A stretch of DNA of 64,000 nucleotides. Source: Rhynchopus sp. YZ270_cl-10. Its lineage: Eukaryota. A program made the translations under genes and the position numbers. Location: NCBI GenBank assembly GCA_964035575.1, contig OZ037840.1, positions 1,054,001-1,118,000 on the forward strand. The letters are read 5' to 3'. This document shows, piece after piece, positions 12,697 through 23,847 of this stretch (its first letter is position 1; the number at the start of each line of letters is the position of its first letter). The notes under the pieces were generated by a model. It did no database searches. It was not told where the DNA came from and saw only the letters and a list, made by a program, of their open reading frames with translations.

Positions 12697-12960
12697 ATCC
12701 CTTTTTGTGTACTTCTTATTACAAAAAGGCAACATATTCACTTGAGAAGAGTTGCACTCACGAGAGAAAAGAAAGCTTCTTGCATCTACTTTCCTTGTTT
12801 TTCGATCCTTGCCACCTCCCCTCTCCTTCGCTCCACACCAGCATCACAGATACACCACACACAAAAGTAAATACAGAACGAAGCAACAAACACTCTACGC
12901 CACTCGGTGAACTTTGCCAACGCTGTTTATATATCTCGATCTTCCTTTGGCGTCTGAACC

Positions 12961-15450
12961 ATGCCGGGAGATGCAGTGACCGTACTTCCACCACGGAAGG
13001 GCGTGTCGTTCCGTCCACCCATTCTGTGTGTGTTTGCTGTTGCAACGCTGGTGTCGACATGTGCGTCGATGGGGGGTGGTCTGGTGATGTACTTCGAGAG
13101 TCTTGCATCGCTTGAGGCGACTGTGGAGACAACAAGCAAGAGCGAGGTGGAGGGACTCGAGAACACACTCAAGACACTTCTTGTCCTCACGACGTACACA
13201 GCAGACTCTGTGCGTGCCTTCCACTACAACAACGAAGTGGTCTCGAGCCACGACCCACGGGTCGTCTCAAACCAGACACGTGCCTTCACTTTCAGCAACA
13301 CAAAGTCGATGCATCTTGGTGGTGCTGGGTACGTCCTTGTTCCGTACGACATCGCCGATGGTTCAGGAGTGTACAGTTTTGTATGGAACGAGCCGCTCAA
13401 GGAGAAGGGGCAATTTTACTACATGCACGCAGAACATCACAAGTACCTGAACCACACCGAGGGGCTTGAGTACTTTCCTGTGAACCACTCTGCTGACCCG
13501 CCAGTGCCAACACGGATGATGATCCACACGAGCCTTGTGGATGAGGGCACAGGTGAGTTGGGAGAGTGGGTGTACGACTGGGATGGTGTGACCTACTTGA
13601 CAGAGATGTTACCACGCGACTACGACCCACGTGACGGAGTGCCTCCACCAGGTTGGGAGGCAGGCCTGTCCGAGGCTGTGGGTCACCAGTGGCGACCACC
13701 AGGTGCCTGGAGGTCTGTCGATGGTTCTGTGTACACATACTCTGGGTACGACTCGGTGCACGTGCCACCCCCAGCACCACACCCGTGGAGCAAGTACAGA
13801 GCAGTGCTGATTGTCGGTCTGCACATGTTCGTTCCGTGGCAGGTGGACCTGGACGAGTACAAAGCACGCAACGCTGAGACGACAGTTGCTTTGGTGGACG
13901 CAAAGCTGCGCATCGTCTTTGCATCCACGACAGGGCGGTCCATGGTCGACAGGTGCATGACCACGAGGAACAGTTTCTCTGTGACAAGCCCGCTGTCCTG
14001 TGCGACACGAGTGGACGAGATACCGTCCCTGAAGAAGGCGTTCGACGACTTGGTGAACGAAGATGTGTACGAAGGGACGTTCCGGACGATGACACTTGAC
14101 GGTGAGGAACACTTTGTGCGTCGGAGTGCAACCTTCCACCAGGACCTGTTCCTGTTGTGGTACCGCCCGAAGTCGACTGTGCAGGGGAAGGTGCAGGAGG
14201 CGCTGGTTGTGCTGATCATCTTCACAGCTCTGGTGTTTGTGTTTGACCTGCTGGTGTCGACGCTCGAAGTTGTCTTCATTGCGCAGCCGATGCGACAGCT
14301 CTCTGCAGCCATCCAGAATGTCAGCAACTTTGAAACGGAATCTGCCACTGCTGCGATCTCACGTTACGACAACGCACATGTCGTGATCAAGGAGATCAAC
14401 TCGCTCATGGTGGGGATGCTCTTCACCATCCAACGCCTGGAGGAGTTCCGCACCTTTATGCCGCAGTCTGTGGTCCCAGGCCAGCAGGACGAGGCAGAGG
14501 AGTCGGCTGGTCAGTCTGTCACTTCCTTGTCGGATGGAAGCTCTCCTGTGTCCCGCATGTCATCAGTGTCGCAAAAAAGTGCAGCAGCAGGCGCACCTAC
14601 AACTACTCTGCTTGGCCTGCACCTGACAAGCAAGGATGTGGGGTTGCTGTACGTGAACGCACTCGGGTGGGACACACGCCAAGACAGCGAGGGTGTGCTG
14701 CGTGCGAGCAACGCGCTTGCTGCATACGTGCTGGGCTGTGTCGCACAGCACTCAGGTGTGCTGGACAACTTCTCGGGGGACCGCTACCTCATTGGGTGGA
14801 ACACTGCACGGCGTACGTGCAGCCCTGCCACAGCAGCATGCAACACAGCACTGCGCATGTCTGCAGGACAGGGTGGTGTGTGTGCGTTCCGTCTTTCCTG
14901 CGCTATCGCATTCGGCCCTGCGAAGGTGGGGAACGTGGGCACAGCACAGCTGAGGCGCTTCTCTGTGATCACACCTTTGATTCCGTGGCTGATGACGATG
15001 GAGGCATACGCGAAGACCTGCAATGTACCACGTGTCACCGATGATGCGACGGCCCGCCACTTGGAACGTTCTATTATATGCCGTGTGTTTGATGCTGTTG
15101 TGCGTGAACGTCCGAGCAAGGTGATGCCACTGCTGGAGGTGCTGCACAGAGAGGAAGCCTCGCCTCAGGAGTGGATGTACGAGCTGACAGAGTTGGACGC
15201 GAAGAACGGCGACAGCAAGGCTGCGAACAGCATTGCGCACTGCATCGTGAAGGGCGACTGGGACGCTGCCGACAAGCAGTACGACAAGCTCGCAGACAAG
15301 AACGACCTTACGCCCATCTGGGCAGATGCGCTGGAGAAGAGATGTTTTGATCCCATGCGCCTGTTCTTCTCCCGTTACAGCGATACAAAGTGCGCAAACA
15401 CGCCTTCTGCCTGTGAAACCAGCCAAAAGACTACGGAAGTAAAGATTTGA
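12961..15450 (+). CDS. Receptor-type cyclase-like protein, paralogue 1 (TM, extracellular sensor, TM, HAMP-like linker, degenerate class III cyclase)
   Basis: 829 aa. Hydrophobic segments ILCVFAVATLVSTCASMGGGLVMY and ALVVLIIFTALVFVFDLLV. IAQPMRQLS...IKEINSL linker, FRTFMPQSV, GVLDNFSGDRYLIGWN, VGNVGT..LRRFSV. Confidence 0.85.
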   Translation: MPGDAVTVLPPRKGVSFRPPILCVFAVATLVSTCASMGGGLVMYFESLASLEATVETTSKSEVEGLENTLKTLLVLTTYTADSVRAFHYNNEVVSSHDPRVVSNQTRAFTFSNTKSMHLGGAGYVLVPYDIADGSGVYSFVWNEPLKEKGQFYYMHAEHHKYLNHTEGLEYFPVNHSADPPVPTRMMIHTSLVDEGTGELGEWVYDWDGVTYLTEMLPRDYDPRDGVPPPGWEAGLSEAVGHQWRPPGAWRSVDGSVYTYSGYDSVHVPPPAPHPWSKYRAVLIVGLHMFVPWQVDLDEYKARNAETTVALVDAKLRIVFASTTGRSMVDRCMTTRNSFSVTSPLSCATRVDEIPSLKKAFDDLVNEDVYEGTFRTMTLDGEEHFVRRSATFHQDLFLLWYRPKSTVQGKVQEALVVLIIFTALVFVFDLLVSTLEVVFIAQPMRQLSAAIQNVSNFETESATAAISRYDNAHVVIKEINSLMVGMLFTIQRLEEFRTFMPQSVVPGQQDEAEESAGQSVTSLSDGSSPVSRMSSVSQKSAAAGAPTTTLLGLHLTSKDVGLLYVNALGWDTRQDSEGVLRASNALAAYVLGCVAQHSGVLDNFSGDRYLIGWNTARRTCSPATAACNTALRMSAGQGGVCAFRLSCAIAFGPAKVGNVGTAQLRRFSVITPLIPWLMTMEAYAKTCNVPRVTDDATARHLERSIICRVFDAVVRERPSKVMPLLEVLHREEASPQEWMYELTELDAKNGDSKAANSIAHCIVKGDWDAADKQYDKLADKNDLTPIWADALEKRCFDPMRLFFSRYSDTKCANTPSACETSQKTTEVKI

Positions 15451-16559
15451 GAATTTAAGTCACTGATATTTTGTCTATTTTTCCGTGTAGCTCCCACCAC
15501 AAGACGGGATTGTTTCAGAAATGCCACAAAATCACCTCTTGGGAGGGGAAAAGCCGCAGGAAATTTGCACCTGTTTTTGAGACCTTACTAAAACCAAAGG
15601 AGCCTCATTGTTCAGAGTAAGGATTCTTTGGAGTGTTTTTGGACACACATGTGACCCCACCGCGGAGAGCAATCAGCTCGCGCAATCGAAAGAAGGCAGA
15701 GAAAATGGGGTGTCCTGGTGGTACCACACTAACACCCACTTTAACATGCTTTCATCCCATTCCACCCCATTCCACCCCCTCTCAGCACTTGAATGAATAA
15801 ACAACAAATAAAAGCTACTTTCCAGAGCTTCCTTTTATGTACATTAGCCTTCAGGCGACATTGAGTACAGATCCTGCACTAGCAGGTGATTGTCGACACA
15901 ACTAAAAAAAAATCTTGGAAAAAGAAGAATGCTGTACCGCAACACCTGCGTGATGATAGATACACAAATCTGTTGAAAATAATATGAAAAAGTGAAGAAC
16001 AAAACACAACCCACTGCTCCCTAATAATAAAAAAGGTGAAAATGTATGTCATTTTGATTTATTGATGTGCAAAGGGACAGGCCGGAACACACCACCCCCG
16101 ACTCATTCCCCCGGGTTCAGTAGTGCCGTCTGTAAATTAGTACCCCATCTTTTTCATTACTCCCCGTCCCGCCCTCCTTTTGTTCAAAGATACGCCAAAA
16201 CCCATCCAAAACCCCATTTTCTCGGGGGGTACCAAATGAAACCCTGTCTTACTGACAAAAAAAAAAAAATTGAATTTGAAGAAGAAAAAAACACCCCCCA
16301 AAAACGGGTACAGCTTTTTACAAAGTCCTCACACTCACCCCTCCACACCCCTCTCTATTTGACGCAATGCACTACAATGACTCTGTATCCCCCACCTACT
16401 GCTTTTCTATACGTGTGTCCCCACCCCCACCCTCTCCACTGCTTTTGTTTGGGCCTGACTGGCAATGAGAACGGTATTCACTCGACCTCACTACACCATG
16501 TACATCTTTGAAGGGCACCTCTGCCGTGTGTTACCGGCTATGGTAGTAACAAAGATATT

Positions 16560-16825
16560 CCATAGTCCCGAATAACAAAAACGCTGCGACGAGGAAGCAA
16601 AGCTCCCCAGCAACTGGAGCAGCTGTTCTTTGCGCTCAACGTATTGGCCTTCGTATGCACCGTGCTCTTCCAGGTTCTGGCGTACGAGGAGATCTGGGCG
16701 GGTCCGTTCTCCCTTTTCTCGCAGTGGCTGTTCTTCGCCACTTCTGCCTACTGTGTGCTCGCGGTTGTCTGCAAAGCCCCGGTCACGAACCGCATACTTG
16801 TCTGTGTTTCGTCTGCATATGCATC
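16560..16825 (+). pseudogene. Possible fragment of a multi-pass membrane protein gene
   Basis: Coding-like stretch reading QQLEQLFFALNVLAFVCTVLFQVLAYEEIWAGPFSLFSQWLFFATSAYCVLAVV, with no clear start. Confidence 0.3.
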
Positions 16826-17088
16826 ATCCCTTTTTGTGTACTTCTTTTTACAAAAAGGCAACATATTCACTTGAGAAGAGTTGCACTCACGAGAGAAAAG
16901 AAAGCTTCTTGCATCTACTTTCCTTGTTTTTCGATCCTTGCCACCTCCCCTCTCCTTCGCTCCACACCAGCATCACAGATACACCACACACAAAAGTAAA
17001 TACAGAACAAGCAACAAACACTCTACGCCACTCGGTGGACTTTGCCAACGCTGTTTATATATCTCGATCTTCCTTTGGCGTCTGAACC

Positions 17089-19563
17089 ATGCCGGGGGAT
17101 GCAGTGACCGTACTTCCACCACGGAAGGGCGTGTCGTTCCGTCCACCCATTCTGTGTGTGTTTGCTGTTGCAACGCTGGTGTCGACATGTGCGTCGATGG
17201 GGGGTGGTCTGGTGATGTACTTCGAGAGTCTTGCATCGCTTGAGGCGACTGTGGAGACAACAAGCAAGAGCGAGGTGGAGGGACTCGAGAACACACTCAA
17301 GACACTTCTTGTCCTCACGACGTACACAGCAGACTCTGTGCGTGCCTTCCACTACAACAACGAAGTGGTCTCGAGCCACGACCCACGGGTCGTCTCAAAC
17401 CAGACACGTGCCTTCAGCTTCAGCAACACAAAATCTATGCATCTTGGTGGTGCTGGGTACGTCCTTGTTCCGTACGACATCGCCGATGGTTCGGGGGTGT
17501 ACAGCCTTGTGTGGAACGAGCCGCTCAGGGAGAAGGGGAAATTTTACTACATGCACGGGGAACATCACAAGTACCTGAACCACACCGAGGGGCTTGAGTA
17601 CTTTCCTGTGAACCACTCTGCTGACCCGCCAGTGCCAACACGGATGATGGTTCACACGAACCTTCTGGATGAGGGAACAGGTGAGGTGGACGAGTGGGTG
17701 TACGACTGGGATGGTGTGAACTACTTAACAGACATGTTACCACACGACTACGACCCACGTGACGGGGTTCCTCCACCAGGTTGGGATGCAGGTCTGGCCC
17801 AGGCTGTGGGTCACAAGTGGCGTCCACCACGTGCCTGGAGGTCTGTCGATGGTTCTGTGTACACATACTCTGGGTACGACTCGGTGCACGTGCCACCCCC
17901 AGCACCACACCCGTGGAGCAAGTACAGAGCAGTGCTGATTGTCGGTCTGCACATGTTCCTTCCGTGGCAGGTGGACCTGGACGACTACAAAGCACGCAAC
18001 GCTGAGACGACAGTTGCTTTGGTGGACGCAAAGCTGCGCATCGTCTTTGCATCCACGACAGGACGGTCCATGATCGACAGGTGCATGACCACGAGGAACA
18101 GTTTCTCTGTGACAAGCCCGCTGTCCTGTGCGACACGGGTGGACGAGATACCGTCCCTGAAGAAGGCGTTCGACGACTTGGTGAACGAAGATGTGTACGA
18201 AGGGACGTTCCGGACGATGACACTTGACGGTGAGGAACACTTTGTGCGTCGGAGTGCAACCTTCCACCAGGACCTGTTCCTGTTGTGGTACCGCCCGAAG
18301 TCGACTGTGCAGGGGAAGGTGCAGGAGGCGCTGGTTGTGCTGATCATCTTCACAGCTCTGGTGTTTGTGTTTGACCTGCTGGTGTCGACGCTCGAAGTTG
18401 TCTTCATTGCGCAGCCGATGCGACAGCTCTCTGCAGCCATCCAGAATGTCAGCAACTTTGAAACGGAATCTGCCACTGCTGCGATCTCACGTTACGACAA
18501 CGCACATGTCGTGATCAAGGAGATCAACTCGCTCATGGTGGGGATGCTCTTCACCATCCAACGCCTGGAGGAGTTCCGCACCTTTATGCCGCAGTCTGTG
18601 GTCCCAGGCCAGCAGGACGAGGCAGAGGAGTCGGCTGGTCAGTCTGTCACTTCCTTGTCGGATGGGAGCTCTGCAGTGTCGCGCATGTCATCAGTGTCGC
18701 AGACCGTAACGGCCACCGCACCAGCAACGGTGAACACACCTGCAACTGTACTTGGCCTGCACCTGACAAGCAAGGATGTGGGGTTGCTGTACGTGAACGC
18801 ACTCGGGTGGGACACACGCCAAGACAGCGAGGGTGTGCTGCGTGCGAGCAACGCGCTTGCTGCATACGTGCTGGGCTGTGTCGCACAGCACTCAGGTGTG
18901 CTGGACAACTTCTCGGGGGACCGCTACCTCATTGGGTGGAACACTGCACGGCGTACGTGCAGCCCTGCCACAGCAGCATGCAACACAGCACTGCGCATGT
19001 CTGCAGGACAGGGTGGTGTGTGTGCGTTCCGTCTTTCCTGCGCTATCGCATTCGGCCCTGCGAAGGTGGGGAACGTGGGCACAGCACAGCTGAGGCGCTT
19101 CTCTGTGATCACACCTTTGATTCCGTGGCTGATGACGATGGAGGCATACGCGAAGACCTGCAATGTACCACGTGTCACCGATGATGCGACGTCCCGCCAC
19201 TTGGAACGGTCTATTTTATGCCGTGTGTTTGATGCTGTTGTGCGTGAACGTCCGAGCAAGGTGGTGCCACTGCTGGAGGTCGTCCGGAAGGAAGAGTTTA
19301 CACCTCAGGAGTGGATGTACGAGCTGACAGAGTTGGACGCGAAGAACGGCGACAGCAAGGCTGCGAACAGCATTGTACACTGCATCCTCAAGCGCGACTG
19401 GGAGGAGGCAGCCAAGCAGTACGACATGCTCACAGACCAGAACGACCTTGCGCACATCTGGGCAGATGCACTGAGGAGGAGACGGTTCGATCCCATGCGC
19501 CTGTCCTTCTCCCGTTGCAGGGATACAACTCGGTGCGAAAACACGAATTCTGACTGTACTTAG
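17089..19563 (+). CDS. Receptor-type cyclase-like protein, paralogue 2
   Basis: 824 aa, near-identical to paralogue 1. Shares 5' flank and N-terminus with paralogue 1, and C-terminus and 3' flank with paralogue 3. Confidence 0.85.
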   Translation: MPGDAVTVLPPRKGVSFRPPILCVFAVATLVSTCASMGGGLVMYFESLASLEATVETTSKSEVEGLENTLKTLLVLTTYTADSVRAFHYNNEVVSSHDPRVVSNQTRAFSFSNTKSMHLGGAGYVLVPYDIADGSGVYSLVWNEPLREKGKFYYMHGEHHKYLNHTEGLEYFPVNHSADPPVPTRMMVHTNLLDEGTGEVDEWVYDWDGVNYLTDMLPHDYDPRDGVPPPGWDAGLAQAVGHKWRPPRAWRSVDGSVYTYSGYDSVHVPPPAPHPWSKYRAVLIVGLHMFLPWQVDLDDYKARNAETTVALVDAKLRIVFASTTGRSMIDRCMTTRNSFSVTSPLSCATRVDEIPSLKKAFDDLVNEDVYEGTFRTMTLDGEEHFVRRSATFHQDLFLLWYRPKSTVQGKVQEALVVLIIFTALVFVFDLLVSTLEVVFIAQPMRQLSAAIQNVSNFETESATAAISRYDNAHVVIKEINSLMVGMLFTIQRLEEFRTFMPQSVVPGQQDEAEESAGQSVTSLSDGSSAVSRMSSVSQTVTATAPATVNTPATVLGLHLTSKDVGLLYVNALGWDTRQDSEGVLRASNALAAYVLGCVAQHSGVLDNFSGDRYLIGWNTARRTCSPATAACNTALRMSAGQGGVCAFRLSCAIAFGPAKVGNVGTAQLRRFSVITPLIPWLMTMEAYAKTCNVPRVTDDATSRHLERSILCRVFDAVVRERPSKVVPLLEVVRKEEFTPQEWMYELTELDAKNGDSKAANSIVHCILKRDWEEAAKQYDMLTDQNDLAHIWADALRRRRFDPMRLSFSRCRDTTRCENTNSDCT

Positions 19564-19928
19564 GCCGAAAAATTGAACTTTACAAAATTACCGAAATCTG
19601 AATCATTGTTCACCCTAAAATTAGTCTACCTTTTCAGAATTTTTCTGGAAGTCCGACCTTTTTAGCGGTCGACAATTATTCCGATTCCAGTATGTGTGAG
19701 AGAAGCAAAAAAAAGAAAGTGGATATTGCACAACTGTGGCAACACAAACCGTGGAAACTACAGTACTCCAACAATTTATCAAAAAAACAAACAAAGAAAC
19801 ATCTTGAAAAAGAAGAATGCTGTACCGCACCACCTGCGTGATGCCTGATACACCAAATCTGTTGAAAAGAATGTGAAAACGTGAAGAACTGAACACAACC
19901 TACTGCCCCCTAAAAAAAAGGGTGAAAT

Positions 19929-20723
19929 CAGGGTCCTAGGTATAGGGAACGGAAAAGGTGCGGCACCTTTTCCGTTAAATTCGGATTTTTTTTTTTTTTT
20001 TTGGGGGGGATTTTTTTTTTTTGGGTCCCCCCAAAGAAAAAAATTCCAGTAACGGGGGTCCCTCCGACACTCAGCTCACAACAGAATTTATTGCTGCCCA
20101 AAATCTCAATTTCCCATACAAAAATGCTCGCATTCAGAAGGAAAGCGCTTGCGAAACCCGAGGGGGCTCAAGGGCACACCGTGGGAGAACTCGACTCATT
20201 TGGTCAAACGCCGAAGGAAAAGGAAGCATGCAGCGAAGCGAAAGCAAAAAAGTAGCGTACCGTGCGCCTGCGGCGCAAGATTGCAACACCCTTTCACATG
20301 ACATAGTTTGTCAGCAAAAATGTGCTATTTTAAGTGATTTTTTTTTGAAATATTGCGTACCGTGGCTTCGCCAGAAACTTTCGTTTTAGCAAAATACGGA
20401 AGTAAAATTTACGCAAACTGACGATAATTACCAACGAAAGTGCTATTCTATGCCAACATTTTAGAAATGTTGCGTACCGTGGCTTCGCCAGGAACCTTTG
20501 GGTGCCATGAGCGTCGTTTCTTTTTGTAAATGTACTGAGGTTATTGATAAGCGCACGATTCTTTCGTGCCACACATTCTTGGATGGGTAACATCATTGTC
20601 GTTGGAGTAATCATTTTTTGAGGCTGTTGTGGGGTGGTAAATATTCCGCGCGCAGCGCGGAATTTTTTTTTTTTTGCAGCACCTTTTCCGTTTCCGTTTT
20701 TTTTATTTGGACCTAGAACCCTG
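19929..20723. mobile_element. hAT-like MITE
   Basis: TIR CAGGGTCCTAGGT / ACCTAGAACCCTG, flanked by (g)gtgaaat on both sides. Empty site at about 38247. Confidence 0.8.
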
Positions 20724-20895
20724 GTGAAATATGCCATTTTTATTAATTGAGTGCCCAATTAGAACGATTTTTTATATATTTTCCTGTGACTTAATTAGGG
20801 TGCCCAAGTCTTAGCGCAGTCCCCCCACCTGAGTGAAGCAAGGAGGATAAAACGTTATGAAGGGACCATGTTTTGAGCACTGAAAATAATATATA

Positions 20896-21962
20896 TTATT
20901 GACGTGTAATATTTTTGCCTTTATTTCACGCACAGCCCCAAAAAACCCCGAGGAGTGGTTTTTTTCCCCGAGGGCGCAGCCCGAGGGGAAAAAATACCAC
21001 TCCGAGGGGTTTTGGGGCTGTAAGTGAAATTAAGGCAAAATATTACACCAACAATACATTTTTTTATTGCACAACGGGGCACTTTAATTTCACAACCCGG
21101 GGGTCTGCTAAACGCTTAGTTCTCAAGGCTTACGTTCATCGTATCAACTTCCCTTTGGTGTTGGGGTTATCTTCATTCAAATTTTTCTCTGTCACCTCAT
21201 GAAATGAAGGAGGAAATAGAAACGAAGCATTTTGAACACACTTTGCGGTTCTAGAGACGAACCGCGCTGCAGAGCCACTCCTCACCAAACAGGTCGAGGT
21301 GTGTGCGTTTCACCACAACCTCTCCCATGGGTTTTATCGTGTGATGAGTGTTAAGTTTCTATTTTTTTCGAAATATCTTTATCTCCTGTATCACAACCTT
21401 GCAGAGTTGCTGATGTCCGACCTAAACACCATTGAGGCAGATGGAGTGGCCACTCCACAGGCAGCACTGTTCCCGTAGGTGGGCACCCCACCCCCACCAG
21501 CCACATCCGCTTCCAGCTAAGGTGAAACAGGTGAAAAAATCCCTCAGATGCTCAAAATACCCAAATTTTGCGTTTTTTTTGCATTTTTCGGTATCCCAAG
21601 ACCCCACCCAGGAGTCGAAATTTTCCGGGGAAAAAAAATTTTTTTTCCCGATTTTTCGGATTTTTGCTAAGGCGTTGGCCCATACAAACCGATTTTTTGT
21701 ACAGAAAATGACCGGGGAATAAATATGTGATGCTCAAAACATCAAAATTCTTGCTTTATTTGCATTTTTGGGTCCATCTGAGCCCAAAAAAAATTTTTTT
21801 TTTCGGCTGAAAATTTTGTCTTTGCGAAAAGAAGAAAAAAAATCGAGCAGTGAAATAAAGAGTGAAATAAAGAAATAAAGCCTTTTTTATTTCACTGCCG
21901 TTTTTATTTTTCTACAGGAATTTGTTAGGGGAGTGAAATTAAAGTGCCCCGACGTGCAATAA
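20896..21962 (+). mobile_element. Non-autonomous derivative of the tyrosine-recombinase (YR) element (unit 1)
   Basis: Shares the terminal hairpin (20904-21048), the inner IR pair (21064-21093 / 21933-21962) and about 430 bp of the right end with unit 2. It has no recombinase ORF. Confidence 0.85.
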
Positions 21963-22383
21963 TATATATTATTGACGTGTAATATTTTTGCCTTTATTTC
22001 ACGCACAGCCCCAAAAAACCCCGAGGAGTGGTTTTTTTCCCCGAGGGCGCAGCCCGAGGGGAAAAAATACCACTCCGAGGGGTTTTTTGGGGCTGTAAGT
22101 GAAATAAAGGCAAAATATTACACCAACAATACATTTTTTTATTGCACAACGGGGCACTTTAATTTCACAACCCGGCGGTCCGACCAAATTATAGTATAAA
22201 ACAACAGGGGGATGGACAGGGGGATTCTTTTTAGTGTAAGGCTCTGCTTTCATGGTGCTTCCAAATTCACACACGCCTGGGGGTTAGGTGCGCAGGTTTT
22301 ACAAAGGGTGTAAACAACTTTGGTACAAAAAAAATGTGATATGATCCCAAGTTTCACCGTGTTTGGAAAAAGTTACGTTGAAG

Positions 22384-23559
22384 TTACTTGGGTATCCCTT
22401 GCTTGGTCAGTTGAGTGAGTATGTCACCAAAGTTAAGGTTGATGACAACTGATCCCTGAGCTGTCTGCGGGGCCTGTGGTGGTGCTGCTGGAGGCTGGGT
22501 CAGTCGATCCGCTACGGTTTTTTTCGTAGCATCCGAGGATTTAGCGTACGTCTGGATCATGCTTTCGCTTGACCAGCCGCAGTGATCCTTAAGGACACTT
22601 GAGGGGGTTTCTTTGTCGTACAAGGACTGTGCAGCCGATTTGCGTGCGCAATGACCGGTGTACAATTCGGGGTTCTTCAGGTTCAGCCATCTTGCACAGA
22701 CAGAGGGGATTTGGCGAAGAGTGTTCACGCCCACCACGCATTCCGAGAATTTCACAGGCCCGTCCTCGTCTTGCTCACCCCGGATCCACAGACACTCATT
22801 CCTGGCCAGCTCAATCAAATCATGTTCGTCGTTTATATAATTGAGGTACAGCAGGAAAGTGGCAGCGGCCCAGTTCGTGAGGAAAAAGGTGAAGCTGACA
22901 GGATTTTTCGACTTGAGTCGAATGATGGTAACCTTTATGTTGCCTTCATCACTCGCATCAACATCCTTTAGTGTCAGTGCCTTAGCCTCAGCTGCGCGAA
23001 GTGCTCCTGAGTATGATGTGGCGAGGTAGGCCCTCCTAACGAGGTGATAACCGTTGAGTGGCCCATTCGTGCAGTAATCCTCTAGCTGCTGATCCGTCAG
23101 AGTCTTACTCTGCTTCGGTGGAGCGCATGGGGCGTTGCTAATCAGCATAGCTACTCTGGGATACGTTGTTTTGCACTTGATGTTGTATTTTGCCAAAATG
23201 AAACCAGACAGTCTGCAATAGTAGCTGGAGACAGAGGACCGTTTATTTTTTTTGACGTCCAGGAGATATGTTACGTACCGCACCAACTCCGCCTCCTTCG
23301 GGGCTGTCTTCCTCTGCTTTCCCCATTTGATGAATGATGCGAATTTGTCCCATTCCTCTTCATACTGCAATTTCGACTTTTTCGGCAACAATTTCTCGGC
23401 ATAGGTCTTAGCCATCTCATCCGATTCCTTTGCTGAGACTCTAGCCCTCTTCGTCGGTGGCGCTGACTCACTTGAACTATCCTCGCTTGAGCTATCCTCG
23501 CTTGAGCTATCTTGTTCTTTTTTTGTCTTTTTCGGGGCAGGGCGCTTCTTGGAACCCAT
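22384..23559 (-). CDS. Tyrosine recombinase (Crypton-like), 391 aa
   Basis: Catalytic set readable: R (GALRAAE), K (RLKSK), HxxR (YTGHCARKS), W (HCGW), Y (IQTYA). Basic NLS-like N-terminus (KKRPAPKK, PPTKRARV). Confidence 0.88.
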   Translation of the reverse strand: MGSKKRPAPKKTKKEQDSSSEDSSSEDSSSESAPPTKRARVSAKESDEMAKTYAEKLLPKKSKLQYEEEWDKFASFIKWGKQRKTAPKEAELVRYVTYLLDVKKNKRSSVSSYYCRLSGFILAKYNIKCKTTYPRVAMLISNAPCAPPKQSKTLTDQQLEDYCTNGPLNGYHLVRRAYLATSYSGALRAAEAKALTLKDVDASDEGNIKVTIIRLKSKNPVSFTFFLTNWAAATFLLYLNYINDEHDLIELARNECLWIRGEQDEDGPVKFSECVVGVNTLRQIPSVCARWLNLKNPELYTGHCARKSAAQSLYDKETPSSVLKDHCGWSSESMIQTYAKSSDATKKTVADRLTQPPAAPPQAPQTAQGSVVINLNFGDILTQLTKQGIPK

Positions 23560-23847
23560 TTTTTGTGTTTGTTTTTGGTTTTTGTGGATTTTTTGATGTT
23601 TTTTCGCTGTGTGAGGGTGTGAAAATTGGTTTCACAAATGTGAAAATAGGTGAAAAAATCCCCCAAATGGTTAAAATGCCCAAATTTTGCGTTTTTTTTT
23701 GCATTTTTCGGTACCCCAAGATCCCACCCAGGAGTCAAAATTTTCCGGGGGAAAAAAAATTTTTTTTCCCGATTTTTCGGATTTTTGCTAAGGCGTTGGC
23801 CCATACAAACCGGTTTTTTGTACAGAAAATGACCGGGAAATAAATAT

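Noticed and set aside
13397..15426. Long antisense or alternate-frame ORFs over the cyclase, PTEN (3749-4909) and transposase genes
   Set aside because: Shadows of GC-rich coding sequence with no recognisable motifs; they recur only because the genes are duplicated.
22384..23559. Tyrosine recombinase as bacterial/phage contamination or part of a DIRS/VIPER retroelement
   Set aside because: It has an NLS-like N-terminus and an empty paralogous site in the host duplication, and no RT/RNase H/gag. The neighbouring ORF is a separate TSD-bounded insertion.
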